Below, in pieces: positions 7,132-17,884 of a stretch of DNA of 38,969 nt; the stretch's first letter is position 1; every line of letters starts with the position of its first letter. The stretch is from IMG/VR virus record IMGVR_UViG_3300020473_000060, positions 1-38,969 of that record. The stretch is one strand, 5' to 3'. A program made the position numbers and the translations under genes. The notes under the pieces are model-generated. The model ran no database searches and had not been told where the DNA came from. It saw only the letters and a program-made list of their open reading frames with translations. This DNA comes from a virus. Lineage: Duplodnaviria; Caudoviricetes.

Positions 7132-8583
7132 CTATGGTGTCCCGAATGGATTTTGTTCTGTAAAGTCTAATATTTCATCGGCAGCTTCCTCTATATTAAA
7201 GTTATCTGCAAAACCATCTTCTGTTGGATCTAAATCAATCTGCCTTACTGCATGTACAGCACCTGATGTTTGACCCACTAATTTCTCTCCTAATGTCCAT
7301 GATCCACTGACAGAAGCCAATTCTATTACATTTGTTTCTGCATTCCAAGTCCTTACCCTAGCAGTGGTGCTACTAATGGATCCAACAACTTCTTCATTAA
7401 ACTGGAAGTTACCACTATATGTTACACCTGCCCCAGTAATATTCAATGTGGGTGCAGTGCTATATCCCATACCTGCATTTGTTATATTGATAGCAGTAAT
7501 ACTACCACTTGAATCTAATACAGCAGTAGCAGCAGCACCAGCAGTGCTAACACCTGTCTTAAATATTTCATTTGTAAAGTTAATAGTTGGACTTGTGGTA
7601 TATCCACTACCACCAGATGTGACAGTTACAATACCAATACCATCATTACTTACAACCGCCGTTCCTGCTGCACCTGAACCACCATTACCAAAAATACTAA
7701 TTGTAGGAGGATCAGTTATCGCATAACCAGCACCAGCATTTTGTAAATCTACATTCTGAATAGATCGAGTTGCAGGATTGACTCCTTTATTACATACAAC
7801 CATTCCTGCAATAAATCGTACTGTTGCTATACCTGTTATTCCACCCGATGGCGCAGAAGAAATAGCAACCGTAGGACCACCTAGATATCCCCCACCACGG
7901 TTAGAAAGTTCAATATATCTAATACCGCCCGTAACAATACCGGTTACCGCAGTTGCGGTGACTCCTGTTCCAACTAAGGTAAGTGTTTGAGTTGGTCCAA
8001 TAATTGTAGAAAGACCATCACCTGAAACACCATCATAATCATCTCCTATTAGAGAATCATCAATCTCTTCCACCCCAGTATCGATAACCTCATCCTCGTA
8101 TACGAAGAGTTCACATCTTAAAGTATAAACATAAGTTTTCTTAAGCTGGTAGAAAGGTTTTTCATGTTCTACAAACTTAATCTCAAATAAACGATCACCT
8201 AAGGGGAAATAAATTAAATCCCCTTCTTTGGGTCGAGTAGTGAGTTTTACGTCTGCCTCATTCTCCATTAAAGGTTCAATATAAGTCTCCCACCTATCTC
8301 TTGAAATAGTCAGAGTTACTTCATTTTTTTGCTCAATACCAAATTTGGATAAAATGACAGGATTCTCACCATAACCATCATAAGTATCCAAATATGCTTC
8401 TAATGGATAAGCATCATCAAATTTTGATCTAACTACTTCTCTAATTACTGTTGATTCTGAGACATATTTACGGGGTAAATAATGCACTTCAACACCATAC
8501 ATCCTCAACTGTTCGTTGATTAGATCTTGTACTAAATTTTGTTCAGATCTAGAACCTTGTTGAAAATAAGGATTAAGTGCCAT
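7132..8583 (-). CDS. gp14: Neck / head-completion protein, enlarged with GxGY beta-repeat domains
   Basis: MALNPYF...EQNLVQDLINEQLRMYG.EVHYLPR...SKFG...RPKEGDLIYFP...LFEIKFVEHEKPFYQL; C-terminal ILDFTEQNPFG. Confidence 0.93.
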   Translation of the reverse strand: MALNPYFQQGSRSEQNLVQDLINEQLRMYGVEVHYLPRKYVSESTVIREVVRSKFDDAYPLEAYLDTYDGYGENPVILSKFGIEQKNEVTLTISRDRWETYIEPLMENEADVKLTTRPKEGDLIYFPLGDRLFEIKFVEHEKPFYQLKKTYVYTLRCELFVYEDEVIDTGVEEIDDSLIGDDYDGVSGDGLSTIIGPTQTLTLVGTGVTATAVTGIVTGGIRYIELSNRGGGYLGGPTVAISSAPSGGITGIATVRFIAGMVVCNKGVNPATRSIQNVDLQNAGAGYAITDPPTISIFGNGGSGAAGTAVVSNDGIGIVTVTSGGSGYTTSPTINFTNEIFKTGVSTAGAAATAVLDSSGSITAINITNAGMGYSTAPTLNITGAGVTYSGNFQFNEEVVGSISSTTARVRTWNAETNVIELASVSGSWTLGEKLVGQTSGAVHAVRQIDLDPTEDGFADNFNIEEAADEILDFTEQNPFGTP

Positions 8584-8584
8584 A

Positions 8585-9430
8585 TCATCCTATCATATCT
8601 AATGGTGGAAGTTCATAGGTATTAGACATGATCTCACGAATCCTTTCTAATTCTTTTTCGGCATCATCATAGATTTGTCTACCATTCATTTCAATTCCCC
8701 CAGGAAGTTTAACTCCATTGAATTTTAATAGATTTTGTCCCCACTGTCTTTTAATCAAAGCAACGGTATAAGGTTTTAAGAAAGAATCATTCCATACTCT
8801 TGTAAAATCAGTTGGATCCATTGCTCTCCAACAATCGATAACAAGATAATCACCTTCTCTAAGACTACTCCAATCAATATCCAAATATAAACGATCCTGT
8901 CTTTGATTAAATCTTATTTGTTTTTGAGTTGTTAATAGAAACTCAATGTCAGACAAATACGTTTTAGTCATCGCATAAGTCAACATCTCCATCGCACCAA
9001 AGAAGTAAATATCATTTAAGAATAATTGATATTTAACACTGAACATATTATTGGTAATAGTATTTGCTCCATCAAAATGGAAAACTTTTGTACACCCAAT
9101 AATAGCCGGAGGAATTTCTAGATAATTACTATTTTCTTCATAATCAAATTGTATTTCTGTACCATTAATCGTAGCACTAGCACTGCTCGTAGTTATTCCT
9201 GTTACTCCCGTTTGTCCAGGACCTTTTCCCCTATCAATATCATCAGCAGTTACTTGATATTTTAAATAGGTCTGTGCTACACCATCGAAATGTCTTTCTT
9301 GAAAATATTGAATAGCATCATCTACAATATCCTCTATTTGCTCATCGGCAACATTAATTTCCAGTACAGGAGCACCTAACTGTCTCTTACAGTAATCTAT
9401 AAATTGTGATCTGGAAGCTGGTTTGGACAT
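8585..9430 (-). CDS. gp13: Neck protein
   Basis: PASRSQFIDYCKRQLGAPVLEINV...ALIKRQWGQNLLKFNGVKLPGGIEMNG...PPLDMIG. Confidence 0.96.
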   Translation of the reverse strand: MSKPASRSQFIDYCKRQLGAPVLEINVADEQIEDIVDDAIQYFQERHFDGVAQTYLKYQVTADDIDRGKGPGQTGVTGITTSSASATINGTEIQFDYEENSNYLEIPPAIIGCTKVFHFDGANTITNNMFSVKYQLFLNDIYFFGAMEMLTYAMTKTYLSDIEFLLTTQKQIRFNQRQDRLYLDIDWSSLREGDYLVIDCWRAMDPTDFTRVWNDSFLKPYTVALIKRQWGQNLLKFNGVKLPGGIEMNGRQIYDDAEKELERIREIMSNTYELPPLDMIG

Positions 9431-9452
9431 TTAGACAAGTATCCTCTTATAA

Positions 9453-9459
9453 TATTTAG
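9453..9459 (-). promoter_or_regulatory. Late-promoter-like CTAAATA for gp13-gp14
   Basis: Overlaps the upstream stop codon, about 23 nt before the gp13 ATG; GAGGA follows. Confidence 0.6.
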
Positions 9460-10103
9460 GGTGCAGAAGCAATACCCGCATAAACGAGGATATTACCATT
9501 TACCATATTATAAACAGTAGTTGCACTTCCTGCTCTAGTAAAAGTAACTGCTGTGCCTGGTAATACCTCTAATGGAGAAGTAGAAGCACTTCCAATATAA
9601 GATGTAGATAATCCACCCGAAGATTCAACCGCATTAACATATACATCTGTTAGGGCAGATCCTACAGTTATTGAATCACCTACTGCAACATTTGTAATAG
9701 AATTAACAGTAAAGGCGGTACTTCCTACTCCTACTGTTGATCCCACCGCAATAGCAGTATCAAGAACTGATTTAGTTTCAACCTCAGGAGTCATTAATAT
9801 ATTATATTCATATCTTCCTTCTGCAAGACTTCTGGTTGCCGTTGTACCTAATGAAATAGTAAATTGTCCATCATAAGCACTTGTAAATCCTACGGTAAAA
9901 GTAGCAGCAGCAACTGTTGTTGATCCAACGCTGGTACTTTTTCTCATTTGAGCAGATCCTGTCCATCCTGTTAAATCATATTTGGTATTTGACGTAGTAG
10001 TTACATTAAAAATGTTTCTAAAATTAGCACCACCATAAAGGGCTAAATCAGCCGCTGAGGGTACTCCTGCTTCGGGATCAAATGTAAAGCTCTTAGTTGA
10101 CAT
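9456..10103 (-). CDS. Small virion structural protein (beta-sandwich type)
   Basis: DLTGWTGSAQMRKS...F...G..TISL...T..L..GRYEY..L pattern typical of phage Ig-like/BppU-like adaptors; located just before gp13. Confidence 0.65.
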   Translation of the reverse strand: MSTKSFTFDPEAGVPSAADLALYGGANFRNIFNVTTTSNTKYDLTGWTGSAQMRKSTSVGSTTVAAATFTVGFTSAYDGQFTISLGTTATRSLAEGRYEYNILMTPEVETKSVLDTAIAVGSTVGVGSTAFTVNSITNVAVGDSITVGSALTDVYVNAVESSGGLSTSYIGSASTSPLEVLPGTAVTFTRAGSATTVYNMVNGNILVYAGIASAP

Positions 10104-10320
10104 TTGACACTAACTCCTTAAGTAAAGATTTTATCTCATTCATTTCATTTTTTAAATTAACAAGATCTTGTTCAATATTTTCCGAATGTTGAACTTGTTC
10201 TTTTTTGGCCTCCCGTCGTGCCACATACTTTTCATAATCTAAATCATTATTATTCACAATTGCACCTGTCTCAGCATTTCTGAGTAAATCAACATGTCCT
10301 TTAACTCCGTAATATTTCAT
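10093..10320 (-). CDS. Hypothetical 75-aa protein with C-terminal coiled coil
   Basis: VKGH.DLLR...TGAIVN....Y..Y...LKNEMNEIKSLL; tightly coupled to both neighbours. Confidence 0.8.
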   Translation of the reverse strand: MKYYGVKGHVDLLRNAETGAIVNNNDLDYEKYVARREAKKEQVQHSENIEQDLVNLKNEMNEIKSLLKELVSNVN

Positions 10321-10321
10321 T

Positions 10322-13300
10322 TTAAGCTAGTGCAATTACGCGGAGATCCTTCACTCGTGGTACATAAACTTGACTTTCCGAAGTCATCAAAATCTTAATT
10401 CTATATGCTCGGAATGAAGGTAATTGATCAACACTAAATGTATAATCTCTAAATTCTAAATTCTCTCCATCAAATCCAGAAGAATTAGATTTAGGAACAA
10501 ATTTATCAGGAAGACCATTATTATCCTCCTGTGCAATCACTTGCCCTCTATTATTAAGGTTTTGATATCCAGGGAAAGGAACAAAGATTGGTTCCACTGC
10601 TTCTTTATTATGAACTGAATAGAATAATCTAATATCTGCATTTTCATGAAGATGAGCAGATAAGATTACCTTTAATGATGTTGCATGATTTTCCAATAAC
10701 ATTTCCTTGGAGACATACTGACAAGAAGTAGGATCAGTCTCCACTGTACTTACCCTATCATCTGTTGCATAATTTACAATAATATCATTAACCCTATTAG
10801 AAGTAAGAATGGTACTCATTCTTTGACCATCAACTACAGGACTTACATGATTCTCAGCGGTATTAAGTGCAATAGTCATTTGCAACGATTTACTTCCCTT
10901 TATATCCGATAAGAATGTATCTTCATTAAGTTTAGAAGCAATAATTCTGGGACTATCCAAATAATTAGTTTGATTTAATGTTAAAGATTCAGAATCAGTT
11001 TGTATATAAGGAATTTCATTTCCACTTATACTCTTCGCATCAATCATCCGTGCAGTAGCACTTAATGTTGTAGCAGGAACTGTTATATTCTGAACCATTG
11101 GAGTAATAAGTTCATATGGCATATTTTGAGTTGCTCTTACCTTATATCCACCAGTAGATTTGGAATTATTAAGATACAGAGCAGGCCAACCTACATCAGT
11201 ATTTCTTGAAGTACCATTTTTCGACATATCCAACTTAATATTATAAGAATCAAATGTAATGGCACCAGAAGTGTCTATACTGGTAGCATTTGGATAGGCG
11301 GCAGTGGTGGTAGATAATCCATGAGTAGTATTAACTCTTAACAAGTTAACTCCACCTATTTCATACTTGTGAACAGGAGTTCCCACTGGATATGATTTCT
11401 TAACAGTATTTGAGATACCTCTCGTACTTACCCCAATCGTATTTCCATTAACAGAACTATAAGAAATAATCTCATCCCCAATCTTCATATAACCATAGTT
11501 AGTAGTACCAACACTTACATTTTCAAATGTAGAGAAATTAGAAGCTTCCGCAACAGATATATTTCCTGTATCTCCTACATTATATGCAGTGGATAATTTA
11601 GTCGGCAAAATATCAGATTCTACACCCGAAATTTCTACATTATTCTTAGTAAAGTACATTCCATGATTCTTGTGATTTACCTTAATATGTAAACCATCAC
11701 TAACTGTATTAGTTTGAACGATTTGGACATCTCCACCAGCAGAATAATTTAATTCAGTTGCTACGCCTACTGCTGCACTATTCTTATAATAGAAGAGAGT
11801 ATTTGCAGTACCCACTATAAAGTTACCTTGAACATTCTCTAAAAGAAGTTCATTTGTACTACCAATAGAAGTAATAGAGAATCTAGCATTTCTTCCAACA
11901 GAAGCAAGTCCCACAGTTGTAATACCAAGAACATCTCCTACTTTATATCCTGTACCTCCAATAGATACCGTTGCAGCAATTGCAACTCCATTAGAAATAT
12001 AAAGATCAGCCGTTGCTCCTCTACCATTACCAGTAACACTATCAAGAACTACACCATTAAATTGGAATTGTCCATCCAATGGAGTATATCCAATACCTGC
12101 ATTAATGATATTCAAACTAGTGAATGCAGCACCAGCCACCGCAGCAAGATTACCCGTTGCATTAGTTCCTTCTTGATAGAATGTATTACCCATCACATAT
12201 CCATTATCTGAAAGAGTCGTTCCTAAACCAACTCTTAATTGTCTAGAATATATTTCTAATGGTTGTGGGGGAAGTTGAGGAATTTGATCATTTCCTTCTG
12301 TCAATTCTGGACTATAAACCTCAAAAGTTCCAGATTCAACAAATTCTGCCCTATAAAGAGTATATTTGAGATCTTCCCATTGACTTGGTTCCCATGTAGA
12401 AGCATTTTGAGATTTAAACATTGATCCCAAAGTAGGCTGATTAGCAATATAATTACCTGTTAATAAATCATTTTCCCCTACTCTAGAAATAAAAGCAGCA
12501 TATTGAGCAGAATTAGATAACATTACTATCGCATATTCCTGATTACCTTCCAAATAAATTGGTGCTTCAAATTCAAAAGTAGTAGCTACGGAACCATCAG
12601 TAGAGACATTAACTTGGGATGGATCTAATGCTACTTCACTCAAAGGAATAATATTTGTAGTTGGTACACCAGCAAGCATAGTCCTGATAGAGAACACAAC
12701 AGGAAGTTCATCAACTGATTTACTAGAGAAGAATATATCACATTTAGTTAAGAATATACCAGTTTCTTCATTAACCTTAAATGATTGTGCTAAAGGATCA
12801 CAATCATTCCAACGGTTTTGTTGTCTGGAAGTACTAGTACGCGATGAAGATCCTAAACTCCTCCATTCACTGCCTATTACCCTGCTGTTCGAGCGTTGGT
12901 CGGAAATACTATGAGTGAGAATTCTTGCATTTCTAGTAGCAATAATAGTCTCTTGAATAGTTTCTAAGTATCCTATGGATGAGAAATCATCTTCGGAAGA
13001 AGAAGTTGCATTAGGTCCATTTTGAGGATCGCTACTAAATCGGAATACCTTTTCACCCACTGTAAATGAGGGATGATTTGGATTATTGGGATCGGGTATA
13101 AAGAAAGATCCGCCTACGAAACCACCCAAATCAGAAACCAATCTCATATTAACTATTTTTGCCTGAGCACCACTTGATCTTCCTGTAAGAACCATACCAT
13201 TGGCAACCCACCCATAATATTGTCCTTGTGCTTGCTGTGCCAATGAGAAGGTATCTACATTTAATAATGTAGAAGTAGAAGAATATTGAGATTGAACTAA

Positions 13301-16300
13301 TTGAGATGTGACGTATGGATTAGCACCAAAAGTTTTTGTAGGAATATTATATGCACCTTCTTTATGATTAGATTGTGCAACTCTGAATCTTATATTCGGA
13401 GTAGTTGTATTATTAGGACCTAATCCTGTTCCTTGTATAACACCCTCAACAGTTTCTCCCACCTGGAAAGTACCAGATGTCATTTCAATTTCTAAAAGCT
13501 TAGGTACACAATACTCTTCTACATCCACACCTTCAAAAAATGGATATAATCTGGTTAGAGGTTTATTCTGTTGAGAAACAAACTCAACATTACGAGATCT
13601 CATAAAGGGTATTACTTCCCTACTAACTAATCGGTCTCCTTCCGAACGTCTTTGAGAGAAATCTTGAACAATCTGTTGTCGTGTACCACTCCTTCGAGAT
13701 CTTGTTGTTTGAACAATTTCCTGTCTTCGAGAGCGATGGGTAGTAGTGGTAGTTCTGGTTACAGCAAAATCTCCTTCCTGGCTTGTATTACTGCTAGTAC
13801 TACTACTACTTCTTACTCCACCAACCCAATTCCTTTCAGTTCCAGTCCAGAAGGTATTCCATGAACCCCATACATTAGGACCAAATCCATTTTGACTCCA
13901 TCCTTGATTTCTAACAAGATTAGCAAATGTAGAAGCAAAGTTTCCTTCTTCGATAAGAATCCGAGCTTCTAACCTTCTAGTATTAATCCAAGTATCCGAT
14001 TCAGGAGTTAATTCAACAATACCATTCCAATAAGCAACAATAAAAGGTGTTATAGATTCTGTTCTAGATCCAAATACTTGTTTTAAGTATTCAGTCTCCG
14101 AATAATCTAATGTAATCATCTGTGAAGGATGCTTACGTATATTAATACCCTCAATAGTACTAAATTGAGTATCTTCCGCACTATCTACATTAACAACAGG
14201 ACCGAATTGTAAATCAACTGAACTGGTATAATGCTCTGGTCTAAGTTCTTTATTGTTTCTATCAATACTATTCTTAACGGGGATAGCAGTATCTTGAGAC
14301 TGGAAAGATTCAAAATTATCAACAAAGAATCCCGATTTAAATCTATCCAATCCATCAGAATCAGGAACAAAGAAACTAGAAGTACTAACTTCAAGTAAAG
14401 ATAAAGCAGTATAATATTCTAGATTCTGAATTCTCGTCTCTAATCTTTGGATATCCTTCATGCGATATCTCTTATATTCAAAGAAATTAATTACCGCATC
14501 ACTAACATTATAAAGATATGGAGGAAGTTGAGCACTAGCTACTTCTATAGCATCATCAATGGGTAGAGGTCTTTCAGGTTGTTCAGCTGGTGTTCCATAA
14601 ATGACTTGGAAATTTCCGTCCTTAGTTAAGAATATTCTATCAATTCTACCTAAGTAGAAGGTAAAATCGAGAACAATAGATTCATCAGAAGCTAACATAT
14701 TAGCTGCTGAATTACCATCTCCATCAAAAGATCTTCCAGCAAAAGTAAGAGGTGAATTTCCACCAGAAGTTACGGTATAATCCGACACTCTGGGTCTAAT
14801 ATCAATTATATCACTATTTCTAACTCCATTAACAGAGGGAATCTGTGTTCCATAATTAAATGTATTATAGGAATCTACGGTAGTAATATCTCCGGTATCC
14901 GTAGAATCGTAATGAGCACTTTCAAAATAAATCTTTATTTTCTTAGAGGGAGGTTCTGCATTATTATTTCTAACAACAGATCCATAATTATAAATTGTAA
15001 GTTCTTGACCATTATCAAATGTATAATTTCCAGTTATATTAAAACTACTATTATTTAATGTAGTAATTACCGCTTGAATATTAGATTCTTGAGATATAAT
15101 AGTTTCACCTTCTTTGAATTCATTAGCATTCTTATAGATGAAAGTAAGAGTATCGGCATCTGATTTTTCTGCAACTATAGCAATACTATTACTGGTTTGA
15201 CCAATAATTTGTTCTCCTACAATATATTCACTGGTAGTTGTGGTTGCACTATTAATGGAGGAGAGATCCATTGTTGGTGCAGAAGGGGTTCCCTCAGTTT
15301 CAGTAGTTTCAAAAATACCATGAAGACCAATAATATCAGGAGTACGTAATGAAATAGTATCATCTTCGACTCTGGTTCCATAGGGGAAGTCACCATACTC
15401 CAAACCATTCTGAGTGGTAGTAGTTCCAATACCCGATCCCACTAGATTTGATTTGTCAACAACGATAGAATTGACACGCTTTCTAATCTTAGTTTTGGAA
15501 GTAGGCTTTAATTTCTTTAAAGTAGTAACAATCTGTACATTCCCACTATCTGTTTCAGTAGGAAGACCAATGATATCCAAAGTAGTCATTCCATTACCAA
15601 ATACAAAATTAGTAGAGTTTATCTCCTCTGTAATTCCATCTGATCTAATAACCGCATATCTTTCTTCATCAAAGGGTAAGAAAGTTTTATTCTCCCCAGA
15701 TACTAATTGATTTGCTACTCTATTAGCAGCAATTGTTTCATCAGAATAAACATTTCTTATAGTAAGAGAAGCATCGGTAAGATCAACATTAGAAACATTT
15801 TCCCTAGGAAGAACTGTATAAAGAGTATTATCCAGAGAATCTTGTAAATTGGTTCTTACCACTCTAAAATCATTTGCAGTAAATGGTGAAAGAGGTAATT
15901 TACCATCCACAATATTAGTAACAGTGGTGACACCTGTTATAGTAATTTCACTAGTTCCTACACTAACAACCCTTCCCATAACAGGATCACCTATGAGGTT
16001 TACACTCATATCCCCATATTCTACCAAATCATTTATTCTAATAACATCACCAGTACCGGGGAATAATGTATTAGGACTTCTAACCGTACTAATATAATTT
16101 GCACCTTTACCAGGACTAATAGTAGCTATTCCAATATTAAAGGAAGTAGATTGTACAGTATTAGCAGTAAAAGTATTAATTCCACTTATACCATTATTGG
16201 TTGCATATACCGACTTAACATTGGAAATCCCATATTCTGTAACTGCTATTGCAACTCTTCCATTCTGAATTCCATTAAAACTAAGAGATTCATTTTTAAC

Positions 16301-17878
16301 AAAATTACCCGTAGTTTGAGTAACTGTTAATGCAGTTCCAGCAGAAACAGCATATCTTAAAAAACCAGTTGCCCCACTATTTTTTCCTTTAACAAAAGTT
16401 CCAGCACTCCAGGTATCAGTAGAACTAGGAGCTTGATTAATAGCAAGATCAGTTACAGTCTGCACATCATAAAGAGAAATATCCCATTGATTTACAGCAT
16501 CATTCGTAGTCTTTTCATAAGTACCTGATTCCAGAGAAATGTCATAAACTCGTGCCTGACCAATCTCTTTTCCTGCTATAGTAGTAGAAGTAACACCTAG
16601 TCTTTGATCTCTTAAACTTAAAACATAAGTATTTCCAATTCCAATAGTAGGATGACCATAAACAGAATTTAATCTTAATGTGGGACCAGTATTATATTCA
16701 AGTCCTTGATCTTGTAAAGTTTTAGTTGTTCTTGGTTTATCTGCATCAAGATATTCTGGAGAAATAGTTTCAATTTCATATCCTTTAACAAATGCTTTTC
16801 CTGGTGATACAAGATAAAGACCTAAATCATCAGATGGAGTAGCTCCTCCATATGTAAATTGACCCTCTTGAAAAATTCCTTGATTTCCAACATTATTATT
16901 CAAAGAATTGACAAATCTAACATCAAAAGGTTTTACATAGTAATCACCAGACTCGGCATAAGTACGACGAGCTAACTCATCTGCTATAATACTATACTCA
17001 GTCGTATTCTTTTTAGTTCTTAATTCACCTGTATTAACCGTTGCTAATTCTACAAAACTTTCATCATCAAAATCATCCAATTCTTTTTTAAATAAAGAAA
17101 GAGTAATTTTAAGTCTATCAGCACCTGGTGCAGCATAGTTATTGAATCCTTGTGAATTATCATTTAAAGTCTCATCTAAGTCGGGTGTGATTATTTCTTC
17201 TAAAATATTAAATCCAACCCTATAAGAAGATGTGTTACTATATTGATCTAATATAAGAGTTTCTGATTCTACGGCACAAAAATTACCTCTTACGAAATAA
17301 ATTCCATTCTCTACATGAAATGCCGATCCTGTTGCAGCAGCATTTTGTGATAAAGTAGCAGCAAAAGGACTTCCAATGGAAATAGAAGTATTTCCTAATA
17401 ATCCAGATGTAATGGTAACATTAGAAGTTAAAGATTCCGCATCAGAAAAAGTTTCCGTAGAATTATTAGTAGTACTAGATCCCAAATAATTAATATAAAG
17501 AGTCAGATTTCCGTTTTCCGAATCTTCTGGTAATAATATTTTATTAACTGTTGCTGTAACTCCTGATGTTTGTCCCGTGATAGTGGCACCGATTAACTGA
17601 TCTGCATAAGCCGATACCGGTACTCCTTGAAAATTATTATTTAATTGAATGCACTTATATTCTTTTGTATATGAAGTATTTCCAGGAATTACCTTACTAC
17701 CTTCTTTAAAGAAATGCTGCCCAAATTTCTCAATCTGATTCTGCAGCATCGACTGCAAACCAGTTAGTTCTCTCGCCTGTACAGGATAACCAGGTTTAAA
17801 TAATATGCGATAATAATCGTTATCCGCATCAAAGTCGTCAAAATATGGCGATACGTTTAGATTTGTTAGCTGCGACAT
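10322..17878 (-). CDS. Large VrlC-like (DUF4815-type) tail/baseplate structural protein, 2518 aa
   Basis: N-terminal TNLNVSPYFDDFD...YYRILFKPGYPVQARELT.LQS.LQ.Q; RYRMKDI..LE.RI..LEYYTALSLLE; RFKSGFFVDNF; DPLAQSF; C-terminal PRVKDLRVIALA. Confidence 0.85.
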   Translation of the reverse strand: MSQLTNLNVSPYFDDFDADNDYYRILFKPGYPVQARELTGLQSMLQNQIEKFGQHFFKEGSKVIPGNTSYTKEYKCIQLNNNFQGVPVSAYADQLIGATITGQTSGVTATVNKILLPEDSENGNLTLYINYLGSSTTNNSTETFSDAESLTSNVTITSGLLGNTSISIGSPFAATLSQNAAATGSAFHVENGIYFVRGNFCAVESETLILDQYSNTSSYRVGFNILEEIITPDLDETLNDNSQGFNNYAAPGADRLKITLSLFKKELDDFDDESFVELATVNTGELRTKKNTTEYSIIADELARRTYAESGDYYVKPFDVRFVNSLNNNVGNQGIFQEGQFTYGGATPSDDLGLYLVSPGKAFVKGYEIETISPEYLDADKPRTTKTLQDQGLEYNTGPTLRLNSVYGHPTIGIGNTYVLSLRDQRLGVTSTTIAGKEIGQARVYDISLESGTYEKTTNDAVNQWDISLYDVQTVTDLAINQAPSSTDTWSAGTFVKGKNSGATGFLRYAVSAGTALTVTQTTGNFVKNESLSFNGIQNGRVAIAVTEYGISNVKSVYATNNGISGINTFTANTVQSTSFNIGIATISPGKGANYISTVRSPNTLFPGTGDVIRINDLVEYGDMSVNLIGDPVMGRVVSVGTSEITITGVTTVTNIVDGKLPLSPFTANDFRVVRTNLQDSLDNTLYTVLPRENVSNVDLTDASLTIRNVYSDETIAANRVANQLVSGENKTFLPFDEERYAVIRSDGITEEINSTNFVFGNGMTTLDIIGLPTETDSGNVQIVTTLKKLKPTSKTKIRKRVNSIVVDKSNLVGSGIGTTTTQNGLEYGDFPYGTRVEDDTISLRTPDIIGLHGIFETTETEGTPSAPTMDLSSINSATTTTSEYIVGEQIIGQTSNSIAIVAEKSDADTLTFIYKNANEFKEGETIISQESNIQAVITTLNNSSFNITGNYTFDNGQELTIYNYGSVVRNNNAEPPSKKIKIYFESAHYDSTDTGDITTVDSYNTFNYGTQIPSVNGVRNSDIIDIRPRVSDYTVTSGGNSPLTFAGRSFDGDGNSAANMLASDESIVLDFTFYLGRIDRIFLTKDGNFQVIYGTPAEQPERPLPIDDAIEVASAQLPPYLYNVSDAVINFFEYKRYRMKDIQRLETRIQNLEYYTALSLLEVSTSSFFVPDSDGLDRFKSGFFVDNFESFQSQDTAIPVKNSIDRNNKELRPEHYTSSVDLQFGPVVNVDSAEDTQFSTIEGINIRKHPSQMITLDYSETEYLKQVFGSRTESITPFIVAYWNGIVELTPESDTWINTRRLEARILIEEGNFASTFANLVRNQGWSQNGFGPNVWGSWNTFWTGTERNWVGGVRSSSSTSSNTSQEGDFAVTRTTTTTHRSRRQEIVQTTRSRRSGTRQQIVQDFSQRRSEGDRLVSREVIPFMRSRNVEFVSQQNKPLTRLYPFFEGVDVEEYCVPKLLEIEMTSGTFQVGETVEGVIQGTGLGPNNTTTPNIRFRVAQSNHKEGAYNIPTKTFGANPYVTSQLVQSQYSSTSTLLNVDTFSLAQQAQGQYYGWVANGMVLTGRSSGAQAKIVNMRLVSDLGGFVGGSFFIPDPNNPNHPSFTVGEKVFRFSSDPQNGPNATSSSEDDFSSIGYLETIQETIIATRNARILTHSISDQRSNSRVIGSEWRSLGSSSRTSTSRQQNRWNDCDPLAQSFKVNEETGIFLTKCDIFFSSKSVDELPVVFSIRTMLAGVPTTNIIPLSEVALDPSQVNVSTDGSVATTFEFEAPIYLEGNQEYAIVMLSNSAQYAAFISRVGENDLLTGNYIANQPTLGSMFKSQNASTWEPSQWEDLKYTLYRAEFVESGTFEVYSPELTEGNDQIPQLPPQPLEIYSRQLRVGLGTTLSDNGYVMGNTFYQEGTNATGNLAAVAGAAFTSLNIINAGIGYTPLDGQFQFNGVVLDSVTGNGRGATADLYISNGVAIAATVSIGGTGYKVGDVLGITTVGLASVGRNARFSITSIGSTNELLLENVQGNFIVGTANTLFYYKNSAAVGVATELNYSAGGDVQIVQTNTVSDGLHIKVNHKNHGMYFTKNNVEISGVESDILPTKLSTAYNVGDTGNISVAEASNFSTFENVSVGTTNYGYMKIGDEIISYSSVNGNTIGVSTRGISNTVKKSYPVGTPVHKYEIGGVNLLRVNTTHGLSTTTAAYPNATSIDTSGAITFDSYNIKLDMSKNGTSRNTDVGWPALYLNNSKSTGGYKVRATQNMPYELITPMVQNITVPATTLSATARMIDAKSISGNEIPYIQTDSESLTLNQTNYLDSPRIIASKLNEDTFLSDIKGSKSLQMTIALNTAENHVSPVVDGQRMSTILTSNRVNDIIVNYATDDRVSTVETDPTSCQYVSKEMLLENHATSLKVILSAHLHENADIRLFYSVHNKEAVEPIFVPFPGYQNLNNRGQVIAQEDNNGLPDKFVPKSNSSGFDGENLEFRDYTFSVDQLPSFRAYRIKILMTSESQVYVPRVKDLRVIALA

Positions 17879-17884
17879 AATTTT

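Noticed and set aside
9456-17878. Absence of recognisable gp9-gp12 and wac
   Set aside because: Common in marine cyanomyophages, so not a novelty in itself
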